A stretch of DNA of 64,000 bases from the human T2T-CHM13v2.0 reference genome, Homo sapiens. The notes under the pieces are model-generated. The model worked only from the letters and a program-made list of their open reading frames with translations. It was not told the DNA's origin and did not search any database. The position numbers were made by a program, and so were the translations under genes. How positions within the stretch are numbered: position 1 is the stretch's first letter; each line of letters starts with the position of its first letter. This document shows positions 1-15,467 of this stretch, piece after piece. The stretch lies in NCBI RefSeq assembly GCF_009914755.1, contig NC_060942.1; one strand, written 5' to 3'.

Positions 1-79
1 GTATTTTTAAACTTTGATCCATGCAAGTCACTCCCACTGTTACCTACTGTAGAAGGTCAAGGGTGAGATTTTGAACTTA

Positions 80-388
<309 letters not shown>

Positions 389-1104
389 TCCTGGGGCAGG
401 TGTGCAAAACAAATTGCAGCTGGCCCGGTGGTTTGGTCTTCAAGTTTCTAGAAGGTGACCACAGAACAGAGAATGTTGAGCCACCTGGCTACGTGCAGAC
501 TCTTGCTGGGTGATGGTGTGTCTCAGGGGAGGGCGGATGCTTCCAGCTCTCTGCACCTCTTGGCATATAATTAAAGCTTCATGAGAGAGTGGTTATGTAT
601 CATTAGAACGTGGCAGCCCAGGTCGGTAGTGGGTTTTTGTGTTTTTTTCCCCCTCTTTATGGGTGTGGAAGGCAATTAAGAGGAGAAAGTAAGTGGGAGA
701 GCTGAGATAATGCCAACAAAATTCAGTTACCTGAATGGATTTCTGGATTCTTTTCTTCTGTAAGAAATCCCTCTTGCACTGTGTTCACATCAAAAAGAAA
801 ACCGACTAACATTGTTTATGATATGCATAAGCATGTAAACCTCAAGAGAAACCTCTTGGATTAATCTCCATGATAAAATGCCTATTTTTTATTTACCGAA
901 TATTAAAATCTAAGTACTTGTAGAGAAAGCCCTCCCTCTACCCCTACATCTCCCCAATGTTGGGGGAATGTATCATAGAACTTAATTTTTCAGTACAGCA
1001 TGAGATGCTGAGCAGTGGGAAGTAATTGACTCAATGAAAGAAAGACTAATTCAGCCTTCCATGAGGTAGGTGATTAGATTCTGCCTGTCCCCCAATATAC
1101 ATAC

Positions 1105-1205
1105 AGTATAAATATATATTTATAAATATAGATAAGTTATAATTTAATAACATACTCATATATTTATTATAATTTATATAGAATATAGAACTATATATAT
1201 ATCTA
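1105..1205. repeat. AT-rich low-complexity tract
   Basis: (TA)-rich degenerate repeat. Confidence 0.8.
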
Positions 1206-1688
1206 TTTCCATTAAAAGTTACCTGGATGATTTAGGCACTTGTTACCTGTCTGCAGGGTGGATTTGTTGGGAAGCTAATGCAAGACCCTTTCCATGGCCT
1301 CAGGTTTCAAGGTGCCTGAGGCTTATTCAGTTCTGAGGAGGGGGCCTCTTTAAGAAAATGTCACATCACATTAGAAGCACAGTAGCTCCGCACTTCCCTA
1401 TTATTGTGGCACTTCCCTGAGGCTTGAAGGGCGCCCTCAGGCGCACAGGCCTGGGCAGTAGCTGAGGAGCATCCTGCCAGCTTTAGGTTAAGTGTTCACA
1501 TCAAGGCCTGAAATGCCTGATTGTGCTGTGTGGGGGAGGGAGGGTTGTTTTGGGTGTGGGTTTGGTGTTTTTTTTTTTTTTTTTTTTTGGTCTTTTTGTT
1601 GTTGTTAACAGCACTATTAGAATTCCAACACCATACAATTCACCTCTTTAAAGCCTCTTTTACAATTCATTTTTTTCTCATAAAACTA

Positions 1689-1989
<301 letters not shown>

Positions 1990-2006
1990 CTAATACAAAA
2001 CAAGAG

Positions 2007-2168
2007 TTTGACATTTCACCCAAGATTTTGCAGCATCTGCTCTCTATGTATTTGTCTCAGATTTTTGACAGTCGCTTCGTGATTTTGACATTTCACCCAG
2101 GATATTGCAACATCTGCTCTCTTTCTATGTATTTGTCTCGGATTTTTGACAATCACTTCGTGATTTTG
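2007..2168 (+). repeat. Two-copy tandem duplication (77 and 81 bp units)
   Basis: TTTGACATTTCACCCA...CTTCGTGAT repeated at 2007 and 2084. Confidence 0.9.
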
Positions 2169-3324
2169 AACATGACGTTCCACGCAGTTTGGCTCATTGT
2201 CTACTGCCACTGTTTCAGCAGCTTGCGTTTAGAAGTGCATCCAAATACTCTCTGGGTGTGGGTGATCTCAGGGCCAGTCACCTGGTGTCATCTCAAGTGG
2301 ATGGAGACACTACTCCAGGAGTCCTGTAGCACCAGATAAATAGTTGACAAATATTTGACACTGAACATGCTCTGTGCCACCCAGTGAATCCCCATGGCCA
2401 TGTAAACCTGAAGCAGAGAGAGCTTTTCTTCCTGTGTTCCTCTCCGTGTGCAAACCCTTTCATTTCAGTGGGAGGGAGAGTTGATCCAGGATTCGGTATT
2501 TTGAATTCGATGGGTAGAAATAGCAACAAATGCAGCCCCAGGCTGCGTAGGCTACCCGTTTATTTCCATAGTTTCCTTGTGATTTACTGTCCTCTAAGGG
2601 AAAGGATTAAATGCCTAGAACAGCTGAAATGGCCATCTGTTGGTGGTTAGATAGATTTAGTCGAGGGCCACCGTTGCTTAATTACCTTAACAAGCACGGA
2701 ACAGCTGCTTTCCAGTGCCCAGCTGAGCCCGAATGCCGGTATACAAGTATGGCCAAAGCAAAAGAGCCTAATTTCGCAGTGGCTGTTGGCGCTGGAAGGA
2801 GCTGTGTGGCTCATTGCCTTGTATCCTTCCTTCCTTTCACAGGTGTGGTGTGGAACCAAGGCTTGCAGCGGCTGCATACCTGCCCCAGGTCTTACAGCTA
2901 GCTCCTGGGGTGCAGGCAGCACTAGGGCTGGCAGTAGGTCAGAGAACAGTGGCCGAGTGTACGGCAAGCTCACATCTGCTTAGAACTGCTCATAAGAATT
3001 CCTGGGGAAACTTGAAGACAGGAAAGTAGGAAATGAAGGAGGCCGGAGCTTTATCCGCCCTAGAGCGGAAGTACCTTTTCTGTTGTTTCTGTTGGAATCA
3101 GACCAACAACCTGTCTGCTCTGAGACCCTCACTGTTCTCCAGGATTGTTTTTGAGGTGTGTGTACCTCCCATCCCCTCCCGTTATACCCCAGCCCACCTG
3201 AGGGGCATTCACTTCACAGCATTGTTACCGTGGGCCAGGATGGGGCCCAAGTTCAGTTCCATGGAGGCCCCTTCCCTCTTCTCATGACAAGTCAAGACTT
3301 TGTTTTTGTACAAAGCAAAGGATG

Positions 3325-3619
<295 letters not shown>

Positions 3620-4084
3620 GCGAAATAGGTATCAGTGTTTCTGCAGTCGATATGGGAGACTTTTCATCTGGATAACTAAGTTGTGGTCTTCTCTTTTCCT
3701 GTTATCTCAGAAGGAATTTGTCTACTCCCACTCTAGCCCTTCCAGACTGTCTCCAGCAGGGCAGGCCAGGCAGGGCCTCCTTGTGAACTGCATCTCTGGA
3801 CATCTGTGTTGTGGACAGTGCCTTCCATCTGACCTTCTCCTTTCCCTGTACGCAGCTGTGCACACAGCTTCCCTGCAGCCAGGCATTCAAGTGCTCGACA
3901 GTGCATTCAAGTGACCTCTCGCTCCATGAGCGGAATGAGCACCCTTGCAAAAAACACAACTGCCTGCTGCAGGGTTAGAACCCCCCATCCATCACACAGC
4001 CTGGGCCTGCTGCGGGCCACAAGGAGCCCTTCATCTGGTGAATCCCATGGCCTGGAGTTAGGTGGCATTGAAAACAGTGGTCCC

Positions 4085-5092
<1,008 letters not shown>

Positions 5093-6501
5093 TTGCAAGT
5101 TTTTATAATTCATACAATTCAAACCTGAATAAAGCATTGGCCTGACTTTTCATTTCTTCAGTCCCACACCAGAAAGAATGAGTGGCTGAGGGGCTGTGGT
5201 AATCCCACTGCCGTGGCTCAATCTCCTAGTACAGCCTCCCCAGCTCACCCCCAGCACTAAAGAGAGGATGCCATCTCTTGGCATGGTTGGGAGGCCCGGC
5301 CTCTAAGGGCCACCATCAGGCTCCCTCAAGACAGGATGTGCCGGAGAATCATGACCTCCTGTACACCAGAGAGTGTTTCTCAGAAGGACCTGCAGCTGAG
5401 AGGACATCGAGGACTGTCATCCCCTCTGGAACCTGCCTGGAAAGGGTGGCCCTGGGCTCAGAGTGATCCGTCCAGTTTCCATACTCTGAACAGTGTGGGG
5501 CTGGTGCAGAGCAGTGGCCTCAAGATGCAGCTTATGTGCTGGGCCCCTTCCAAGCCAGGATCTGGCAGCCAGTGCCACTTTGGGGGTTGCCTGGTCCGCT
5601 GTGGCAGTTGTGTATCCCATGCAGCTGAGCGGGAGCAGGACACGGAACAGCCCCACAGATCAGGTGCCTGCCGCTGTCGACATCAAGTGGATGCTGGAGA
5701 AGCCAGAGGAGCAAACGGAGGCATAGAGCTCCTAACCAGTGTGCACTGGGCCGCCGGGCACCATGTGTCAGAGCTGGAGTTTGAATCCAGGACTCTGGCT
5801 CTTGAGCCTGTGTTCTTCCCCACTGAGCCGCAGCTCAGAGAAGCAGGGACAAAAGCAAGACTGAAGAGAGCACAGCAGACAGGAGGCCAGGACAGAAGGC
5901 CGGGATGCAGAAGAGTCTGTCACCTAGAAGATGACTGGAGAGCCTCGTCCTCCTGGTGCTGCCACATATTCCCCACTTACGCGGGGCCAAGCACTGGGCT
6001 CCCTGGGCCAAGGGTCTCGCAGCATCTGCTCATGGGCCCTCCCTGCCCACTCCCTGCCAGGGCCTAGCTTGGATTTTTCCCCGCCTCTCTGTCAGGAAAC
6101 GGAGTCCCCAGCTGCAGACCCCAAGAGCTAGGACAAGGCTGCTTGTAAAAAAGACAGAGCCTCTCCCGCAAGACCCGGGCCAGAGTGGGCCTGGCGCGCT
6201 CTGCCACCCTTGCCCCCTCCAGAGCCGCAGGCTGAGCTGAGCTGTTGGCTCTCAGGGGTCCTCTAAATAAAAATGGGTCAGGGAGTGTGGCGCAGGGGCA
6301 GGGGCAGGACTCAGACTCAACGGATCGGATATCGTCAGTGCCTTTATGGGGATCAGAAGCTCTTTCTCTGTCCCCGCCTTCACCGAGCCAGGTTCAGTTT
6401 CAGTAGTGGTAAATGCAATCAGCAGAATACAGCGTGTGCAGCAGGCATGGTTCAGTTCTGAAGTGCAGCATCCACTCTAGCAAGTTTAAGAAGAAAGAGG
6501 A

Positions 6502-7000
<499 letters not shown>

Positions 7001-9271
7001 CTAAGTTGGCATTTCAGGAATGATCCACAAGCCACACTGTAGAACTGTGCCACCCAGGAGGCTGCAGCTGCCTGGGACCAGGACTCTGGCTTTGGACTTG
7101 GGAAACTGACGCTGGCACTGGCTGCTGGCTCCAGATCCGTGCTGCTCTGCTGTGCTCTACACCTGCCAAATGAGGACCCAGAAGCTTAGTGACAGGACTT
7201 GAGGATTCCTGCCCTGAGCCTCTTGGCAGCAGAAACAGCAGAACCACAGCCCTTGCTCCAGCCCTGCCTTCACATATCAGAGCATCCAATAGGAGGAGCC
7301 AGAATTGTTTTTGGAATCCTAGCTGCAAAGGAGTCAGGGAAGTGTAACTGTTAGCTTTCCAGCCTCCGTAGCACAACAGGGCATCCCAGGAGGAGGTTGG
7401 ATGTTCAGATAATAGAGTAGAATGGAGGCGAGTCCTGGGGAGAAGCAGCCTCAGCCCCGGGGGTTTAGGAGGAGGAGCCTGCAGAAGTGGCCAAACCAGG
7501 AGTGGGCAATAGCCAGACAAGGAGAATCTGATTTGGAAGCCCTGGGTCTTTGGCACATAGAAATCAGCTGGAAAACTTGTCATGGTGCAGGTGCGAGGCC
7601 CCACCCTCAGAGACTGTGACTCAGTGGGGCTGGAGCAGAGTCCAGACTTGCTGCGTCTCCTGCTTTGTGCTCCTGATGAAATTTTTCAGCGTCTTTTACG
7701 TACGTTTTGTTCTCTTTGATATTCAAGATAAACCTGGGAAGCAGCCCCATCAGGTTTTCTCATCTCATCTCGTTTTGGAGGATGAGGGTGAGGCTCAGGG
7801 AGGTTGAGTGACTTTCTCCCTGTTGCCTGATTTGCTGAAGGTGGACCTGACCCCCCGCCCCCGACAGCCCTTTCCACTGCTAGCGATCTTCTCGGACATC
7901 CTGGTGAGAGCCCTTGTCTAGGGAGCTACTCTGTGCTGCTTATTCAGTACCATGAAGGAGAGAAAAGCAGGAAGGCAGTGCATGGGGCACGAGCTGGAAG
8001 CAGCCACTCTGGGAGACCAGGATCCCAGCGCTGGCCCCTGCCTGCGGCTCACTCAGGTCTGGGGTGAGCCTTTTCACTTTTCTGAGCCTCTGTTGCAAAC
8101 AGAGGTGGGACACATTTGTATATTTGCACATTTAAGCAGTGAGAGCTCTCTTTCAAGGGAAGTGTTATATCTACAAATAAGATGGAGCAAAGCAGAGCTG
8201 CTGTGGTTGCTGCGAGGAGAGATCCAGTCCCCTCCCACAGGCACTTCAACAGAACCCAGCCTGAAAATCCACATGATCGTTAAGCAGCAGGATATCCTTG
8301 CTGGTGCTCACAGGGCGTCAGGCCCCCAACAAAGGCAGATGACTTTACTTGAGCCTGCTCACATCATTGCAAACCTCATGACTTTCCTCTGTAGAGGAAG
8401 AGTAGAAGCGGCCTGTCTCTGGGAGTTCAGGGTGCCTGGATTGGGGGGTGAGGGGTTGAGAAGCTGGAGGAAGGTGCTGATGACTTGGGAAACAGGAGGG
8501 TTGGCTGATGGGCCCTCCCAGCTTGAGGCGAGCATGTTAGATGTGGCCCCCATTCTACTGCCTATTTCCAAAATGAAATCTTACGTCCCCTTCAACCCAG
8601 AGATTTAACCCAGAGGAGACATTTGTTGGAGATGAAATAGAGCCTTTCTTAAAAGTAGAAGGGAAATAAACCTGTCTTGGAGGGCTGCCACAGGGGTCCA
8701 CTCTGCTGGACCTTGGCAGTGAGAGCAGTGTCCAAATACTGTGGCCCTGCACAGCTGGGCTGCCCCTTTCCTGGTCCTTGCAGGGCATGTGGTTAGCCGG
8801 GACCAGAATGGCCACATCTGGACCAGGTCAGGAGACCTTCCTGATTGGGCCAGAAAGACTATGTATCAGAGGAGGAAGAAGTGGCATTGCATCCACCAAG
8901 TCCTCTTCCAGCCAAGTGTTCGAAAACTCTGAACAGGTCTGGTGGAATTGTTGGAGTTAATATTGCTGTGCTTTGCCTTTATTCACCAGAGAAGCAAAGA
9001 GAGGACCATCAAGATCACTTGAACGGGGATGTGCTGGCTGCTTGCCTCCTCCTTGCTACTAACTGACACCAAAGACATTGTACATGTCTGTGCTAAAATC
9101 CTGTGTCCTATAAATGGAGGTGTCCAGAGAAAGCCACCAACTTCCATTAGAGCTGTTAAGGAAACCTTTGATGGGCTTTGCGGGCATGAGTCATCCAGGG
9201 AATCGACCTTCACATCAAAATCTGTCATTTCTTCTTTCCTGAGCTTTGACTGATTAAGATTATGGCATGTA

Positions 9272-9664
<393 letters not shown>

Positions 9665-9819
9665 TTAATTCAGAGTTCACAGTGCAGGGTACAGAGGAGC
9701 AAGGAAGACCAGGGTATTCAGAAAGGACTCCAAGGATCCTTTAAGGATTTCTCCAATTTAGAAAGAGGGAAGGAGGGAGGAGGAAACTCAAGTTTCCAAA
9801 GACTTACTGGTTACCATTA

Positions 9820-10505
<686 letters not shown>

Positions 10506-10509
10506 AAAG

Positions 10510-10720
10510 AACATTAGCTAACATGTATTGAGCACTTGCTGTAGGCCAGGCACTGTACAGGGCACTTCTCATACAGTTCTCAGAAAGCTGCGTGAAGTAG
10601 GCACTGTTACTGTTTTTTGTTTACAGACATGGGACTTGAGATTTGGGGTGATTTGAAGTCTCCCAAAGCCGTCAGACTAGTGAATGGTCAAGTAGAGATT
10701 GAACCCAGGTCTGTGCACAT
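10510..10720 (-). mobile_element. MIR fragment
   Basis: Degenerate MIR core (TATTGAGCACTT...CCAGGCACTGT...GAACCCAGGTCTG). Confidence 0.6.
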
Positions 10721-11060
10721 CCAAGCCCCACGCGCTTAAGCCCCATACCGTGTGAACAGGCTGACACCTGGGAACTGACACAGGCACCCCTCCCTCTCAG
10801 GCACTGACTTCTGATGGTCTACAGGCCGGCTTTCCTAAGTGTCACCTCATCCTAATAGTGGTGACTTGTTTTCCGTTCGCCTCCAGAAGGCCACAGTCCC
10901 CTTCAGGCTCCTGGATTCCGCCGAGCCCTTGTTGTAGCTCCAATGCAAGTTTTCCCGTTGCTCATGGCTTTGGGAGTTGTAAGTTGGTCGTAGTTGGTGC
11001 ATAATTATTACATACGACCCTTGTTTTAAGGAGTGATCCGTGTTCCCCTGTCTGTTACAG

Positions 11061-11167
11061 ACAACAGTGATTGACTACGTGAAGCCCTCGGATCTCAAGA
11101 AGGACATGAACGAGACCTTCAAGGAGAAGTTTCCTCACATTAAGCTGACACTCAGCAAAATTAGGAG
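11061..11167 (+). CDS. CABLES1: CABLES1 internal coding exon (exon 8 by my recall), 107 nt, [35 protein letters not shown]
   Basis: Acceptor ctgttacAG|ACA at 11060/61 and donor AGGAG|GTacgg at 11167/68. The peptide matches the CABLES cyclin-like region and joins the next exon in frame (AG+T = Ser). Confidence 0.96.
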
Positions 11168-11237
11168 GTACGGGAGGCTGGACTTGCCTGTGACCTTTCC
11201 CTGCAAACCCCTCTTTCCACACACCGTAAGCTTGTCA

Positions 11238-11718
<481 letters not shown>

Positions 11719-11829
11719 TCACCCTCTGGGAAAGAGAAAGAGAAAAAGCATTCAAGATGGGGGAGTTTTTCTGTCCACTGAAACTCTAAGTTTTCACAAG
11801 ACTGTTCCCTCTTGCCTGTCTTTCTCCAG

Positions 11830-12037
11830 TCTGAAACGAGAGATGCGGAAGCTTGCGCAGGAGGACTGTGGCCTTGAGGAGCCCACGGTGGCCATGGCCT
11901 TCGTCTACTTTGAAAAGCTCGCCCTCAAGGGGAAACTCAACAAACAGAACCGGAAGCTGTGTGCTGGGGCATGTGTGCTGTTAGCAGCCAAAATTGGAAG
12001 TGACCTCAAAAAACACGAAGTCAAGCATTTAATTGAC
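11830..12037 (+). CDS. CABLES1: CABLES1 penultimate coding exon (exon 9), 208 nt, SLKREMRKLAQEDCGLEEPTVAMAFVYFEKLALKGKLNKQNRKLCAGACVLLAAKIGSDLKKHEVKHLID
   Basis: Acceptor tttctccAG|T at 11829/30 and donor GAC|GTAAGT at 12037/38. Cyclin-box-like motif ACVLLAAK. Confidence 0.97.
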
Positions 12038-12644
12038 GTAAGTAGCCTTTTTCCTGGTGGCTGGAGGAGCACATGCTCCGGTCCGGGGTTCCTCTCTCAG
12101 AAGGATTCGGTCAGTGACCCTGCCTGGAAGGATTCTGATCCTTAGTCAGCAATTGAGGTGAAGGCTATGAAGTCTTTCCCATAGTGGGAATAGTCAGGCT
12201 ATCTTAAAACATAGGGATGATCTACTTTGACAAGACCAAAGCTCCTCAGCATTGGGTCTGGCCCTCAAAGTCCATTCTCAGACACCATGTGAGATGCAAT
12301 CATTCCCACAGCCATAGAAGCCACTGTACCTGCAAGGGATTCCCCCAGGCAGTGTGACCCACAGAGCATCTAATGTCAAACAGGTTGCTTCAGTAAGACC
12401 TTGGCTTCCTACTTCCTTAGCTGGCTCCTCTTTGGGGAAAGGCGTGAGTTTGACAAGGTGGTATCTCTTTTCTTTAAAAGGAGAGCCCTAGCAAAGCAAG
12501 GAAACATCGATCTCCTTGGATGGCTACATGAATGCCTGTTTTAGAATTCAATATATTAATAGAAAATTTTGAGGTACAGTAAAGCCAACTGATTAGAAGA
12601 CAGATCCATTGAGAAGATAGTTTGTTACAGTTCCCAAGAGGAGT

Positions 12645-12982
12645 AGTATCTTGGCTGGTGCTGCCATAACAAAATACCATAGGCTGGATGGCTGAAATGA
12701 CAAATGTATTTCTCATAGTTTTGGAGGCTGGGAAGTCCAGGGTCAAGGGACCAGTTGCTTCAGTTCTGGTGAGGTTCCTCTCCTTGCTCATGGGCATCTT
12801 CTTGCCCATCCTTAATTGCAGAGAAAGACAAAAAGCAAGCACTCTGGTTTCTTCTTCTAAGGCTCTGAATCCCTTCACTCCATGCCCAGGACCTCATCTA
12901 GACCTAATCACTCCCAAAGGCCCCATCTCCTAATACCATCACATGAAGGATTAGGGCATCCACATACGAATTTGGGGGGACA
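12645..12982 (-). mobile_element. MaLR LTR (MLT1A/B-like)
   Basis: GCTGCCATAACAAAATACCATAG...GGAGGCTGGGAAGTCC...ACAAACATTCAG motifs. Confidence 0.75.
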
Positions 12983-13059
12983 CAAACATTCAGCCCATAA
13001 CAAGGGGCATGCCATGCTGTGGGGGCTGTGTATGGAAGCCCTGGAATTGGTCGGGAGGC

Positions 13060-13410
13060 AGAGGGAGCCTTGATTGTGGTTTTCACAGAAAGGAATAGGT
13101 AAGGCAGGGTTTGTGGGTTTAGGATTGGCTAGTTTGAATAGTTTTGATGGGCTGTGGGGCCTAGGGTCTGTCCCTAATTGTCTGGTGCCTGGCTCTGGGG
13201 TGATAAGGGCAGGTGGATAGTGGCCTGGAGTGTGAGGCCCATGGAGGAGGTGGTGGGAATGTGGCATCTGGATTGGTTGGTTTGCATTTGAAGAGCAAAA
13301 GGGGTCACTGTGGAGGATTTGGCTAACCCTGGGAAGGGCAGTCCCTCTAGAGTCAGCAAGGCCCCAGATATCAAAGCATCAGAATACAGAAAATAAAAGA
13401 CATGGTTAAG
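13060..13410. mobile_element. ERV LTR fragment (LTR47-like, subfamily uncertain)
   Basis: GGTTTAGGATTGGCTAGTTTGAATA...GATAAGGGCAGGTGGATAGTGGCC resembles a recalled LTR consensus. Confidence 0.45.
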
Positions 13411-13593
13411 TCAGTGCCCCCATATGTCTCACTGTCTAGCTGTCTTCAGTGGCAAAGGCAAAAAAGCAGAAAGGGCACTAAGGTAGGTACTCCCCAATTG
13501 AAAAGAGTATTTTTTAGGTCGGCGCTTTACAGATTTTAAGAAATGGTACAAAATCATCTAGCTTATACAGTAAATACATGAACCCAGAAGTGA

Positions 13594-13960
<367 letters not shown>

Positions 13961-14494
13961 AAGAATTAATGAATCTTTTGATGTAACAGATATTTATAAA
14001 ATTATAAATAATATGCACATTTAATCATAGTTGAGCAATATACCACACAGCAAAAGCTGACTTTACCTTATTCAAGGTGCCTCTATCACCTGAACTACAA
14101 AATGCCCTTGGCCTTCCTTACATGGGGTGAGGCCTTCCTCACTATTGATGCAGAATATAACAGTAATGGTTTGACCAGCCACTTACGGTAGCAAGAAACC
14201 TAACTCAAGGTCTCATCCCAGTTATGATCTGAAAGCAGTCAACATCTGCTCTGTGGGTAGGATTTATTTTATTAAGACAAAAGCTGGGTTGACGCCAAGG
14301 CAGAATGTGCCTGAGCAAACATGAGGCCCTCCCTGTCCATCCCCACCTTGGTGGTTCTCCTTCCTTTCCAGCTCCAGCAGCCCCTCTAGTTGGGTGGGCA
14401 CGCAAGATGCCACCAGGCTCAGCCCTGTTTAGATACACAGCAACTGTGTAGCACTGTGAAAGTGGAGACTTCCCGAGGACTTAGATCCTTGTAA

Positions 14495-14878
<384 letters not shown>

Positions 14879-14929
14879 GTTTGCTTTATTTTCAGTCTTC
14901 CCTTTAAACCTGAATCACTTAGTTGCCAC

Positions 14930-15100
14930 AGGTAGAGTTTGAGTCCCAGTTAGGGTGGACTCTTAGTGCTGCAATTGGCTACACATGTGACCCTGGCTAA
15001 GCTCTCTGACTTCTTGGAGCCCGTTTTCTCATCTGTAAAATAGAGATACGGAGCATGAACCATGTCATATTCCTGAGAGGATTAAATGATGTCATAAGAT
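14930..15100 (+). mobile_element. MIR fragment
   Basis: TGTGACCCTGG...TTTCTCATCTGTAAAATAGAGATA...GAGGATTAAATGA core. Confidence 0.7.
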
Positions 15101-15326
15101 GTATGTGTGGTTCCGGGCAGCCCCTCGGGAAAGGAGCAGCTCCTTCACAACCAGGACCGAAGGCAGGAAGCACAGCCTGTGCCTCCCTTTCTTCCTCCAC
15201 AGAGCTTTGCCCAAAGTGGATTTCTCCTGAGCACTCACTGGCTGGTGGATAGAGAAGCTGCAATTGCAGAAAGACTAGGATTTTAATTTCAAAATGAACA
15301 TGCTTTTGATTTTCTTTTTGTTGCAG

Positions 15327-15467
15327 AAACTGGAAGAGAAGTTCCGGCTGAACAGGCGAGAACTGATTGCCTTTGAATTCCCGGTGTTAGTGGCCTTGGA
15401 ATTCGCCCTCCACTTGCCCGAGCACGAAGTCATGCCCCACTACAGACGGCTGGTCCAGAGTTCCTAG
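15327..15467 (+). CDS. CABLES1: CABLES1 terminal coding exon (exon 10), [46 protein letters not shown]
   Basis: Polypyrimidine tract plus ttgcAG|AAA at 15326/27, phase 0 with the previous exon, TAG at 15465-15467. Confidence 0.96.
   Translation, partial: KLEEKFRLNRRELIAFEFPVLVALEFALHLPEHEVMPHYRRLVQSS

Noticed and set aside
2631-2646. CTCF-like motif (minus CCACCAACAGATGGCC)
   Set aside because: Imperfect 3' end of the core; a single motif cannot be supported without ChIP data.
5336-6067. 243-aa plus-strand ORF in the CABLES1 intron
   Set aside because: No recognisable domain, non-ATG start, partly MIR-like sequence; expected by chance in GC-rich DNA.
7943-7962. REST/RE1-like TTCAGTACCATG
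   Set aside because: Only the left half-site; the GGACAG half is absent.
7014-8608. 196-aa (-) and 218-aa (+) ORFs
   Set aside because: No homology that I recognise and no coherent exon structure; part of the region looks derived from old repeats.
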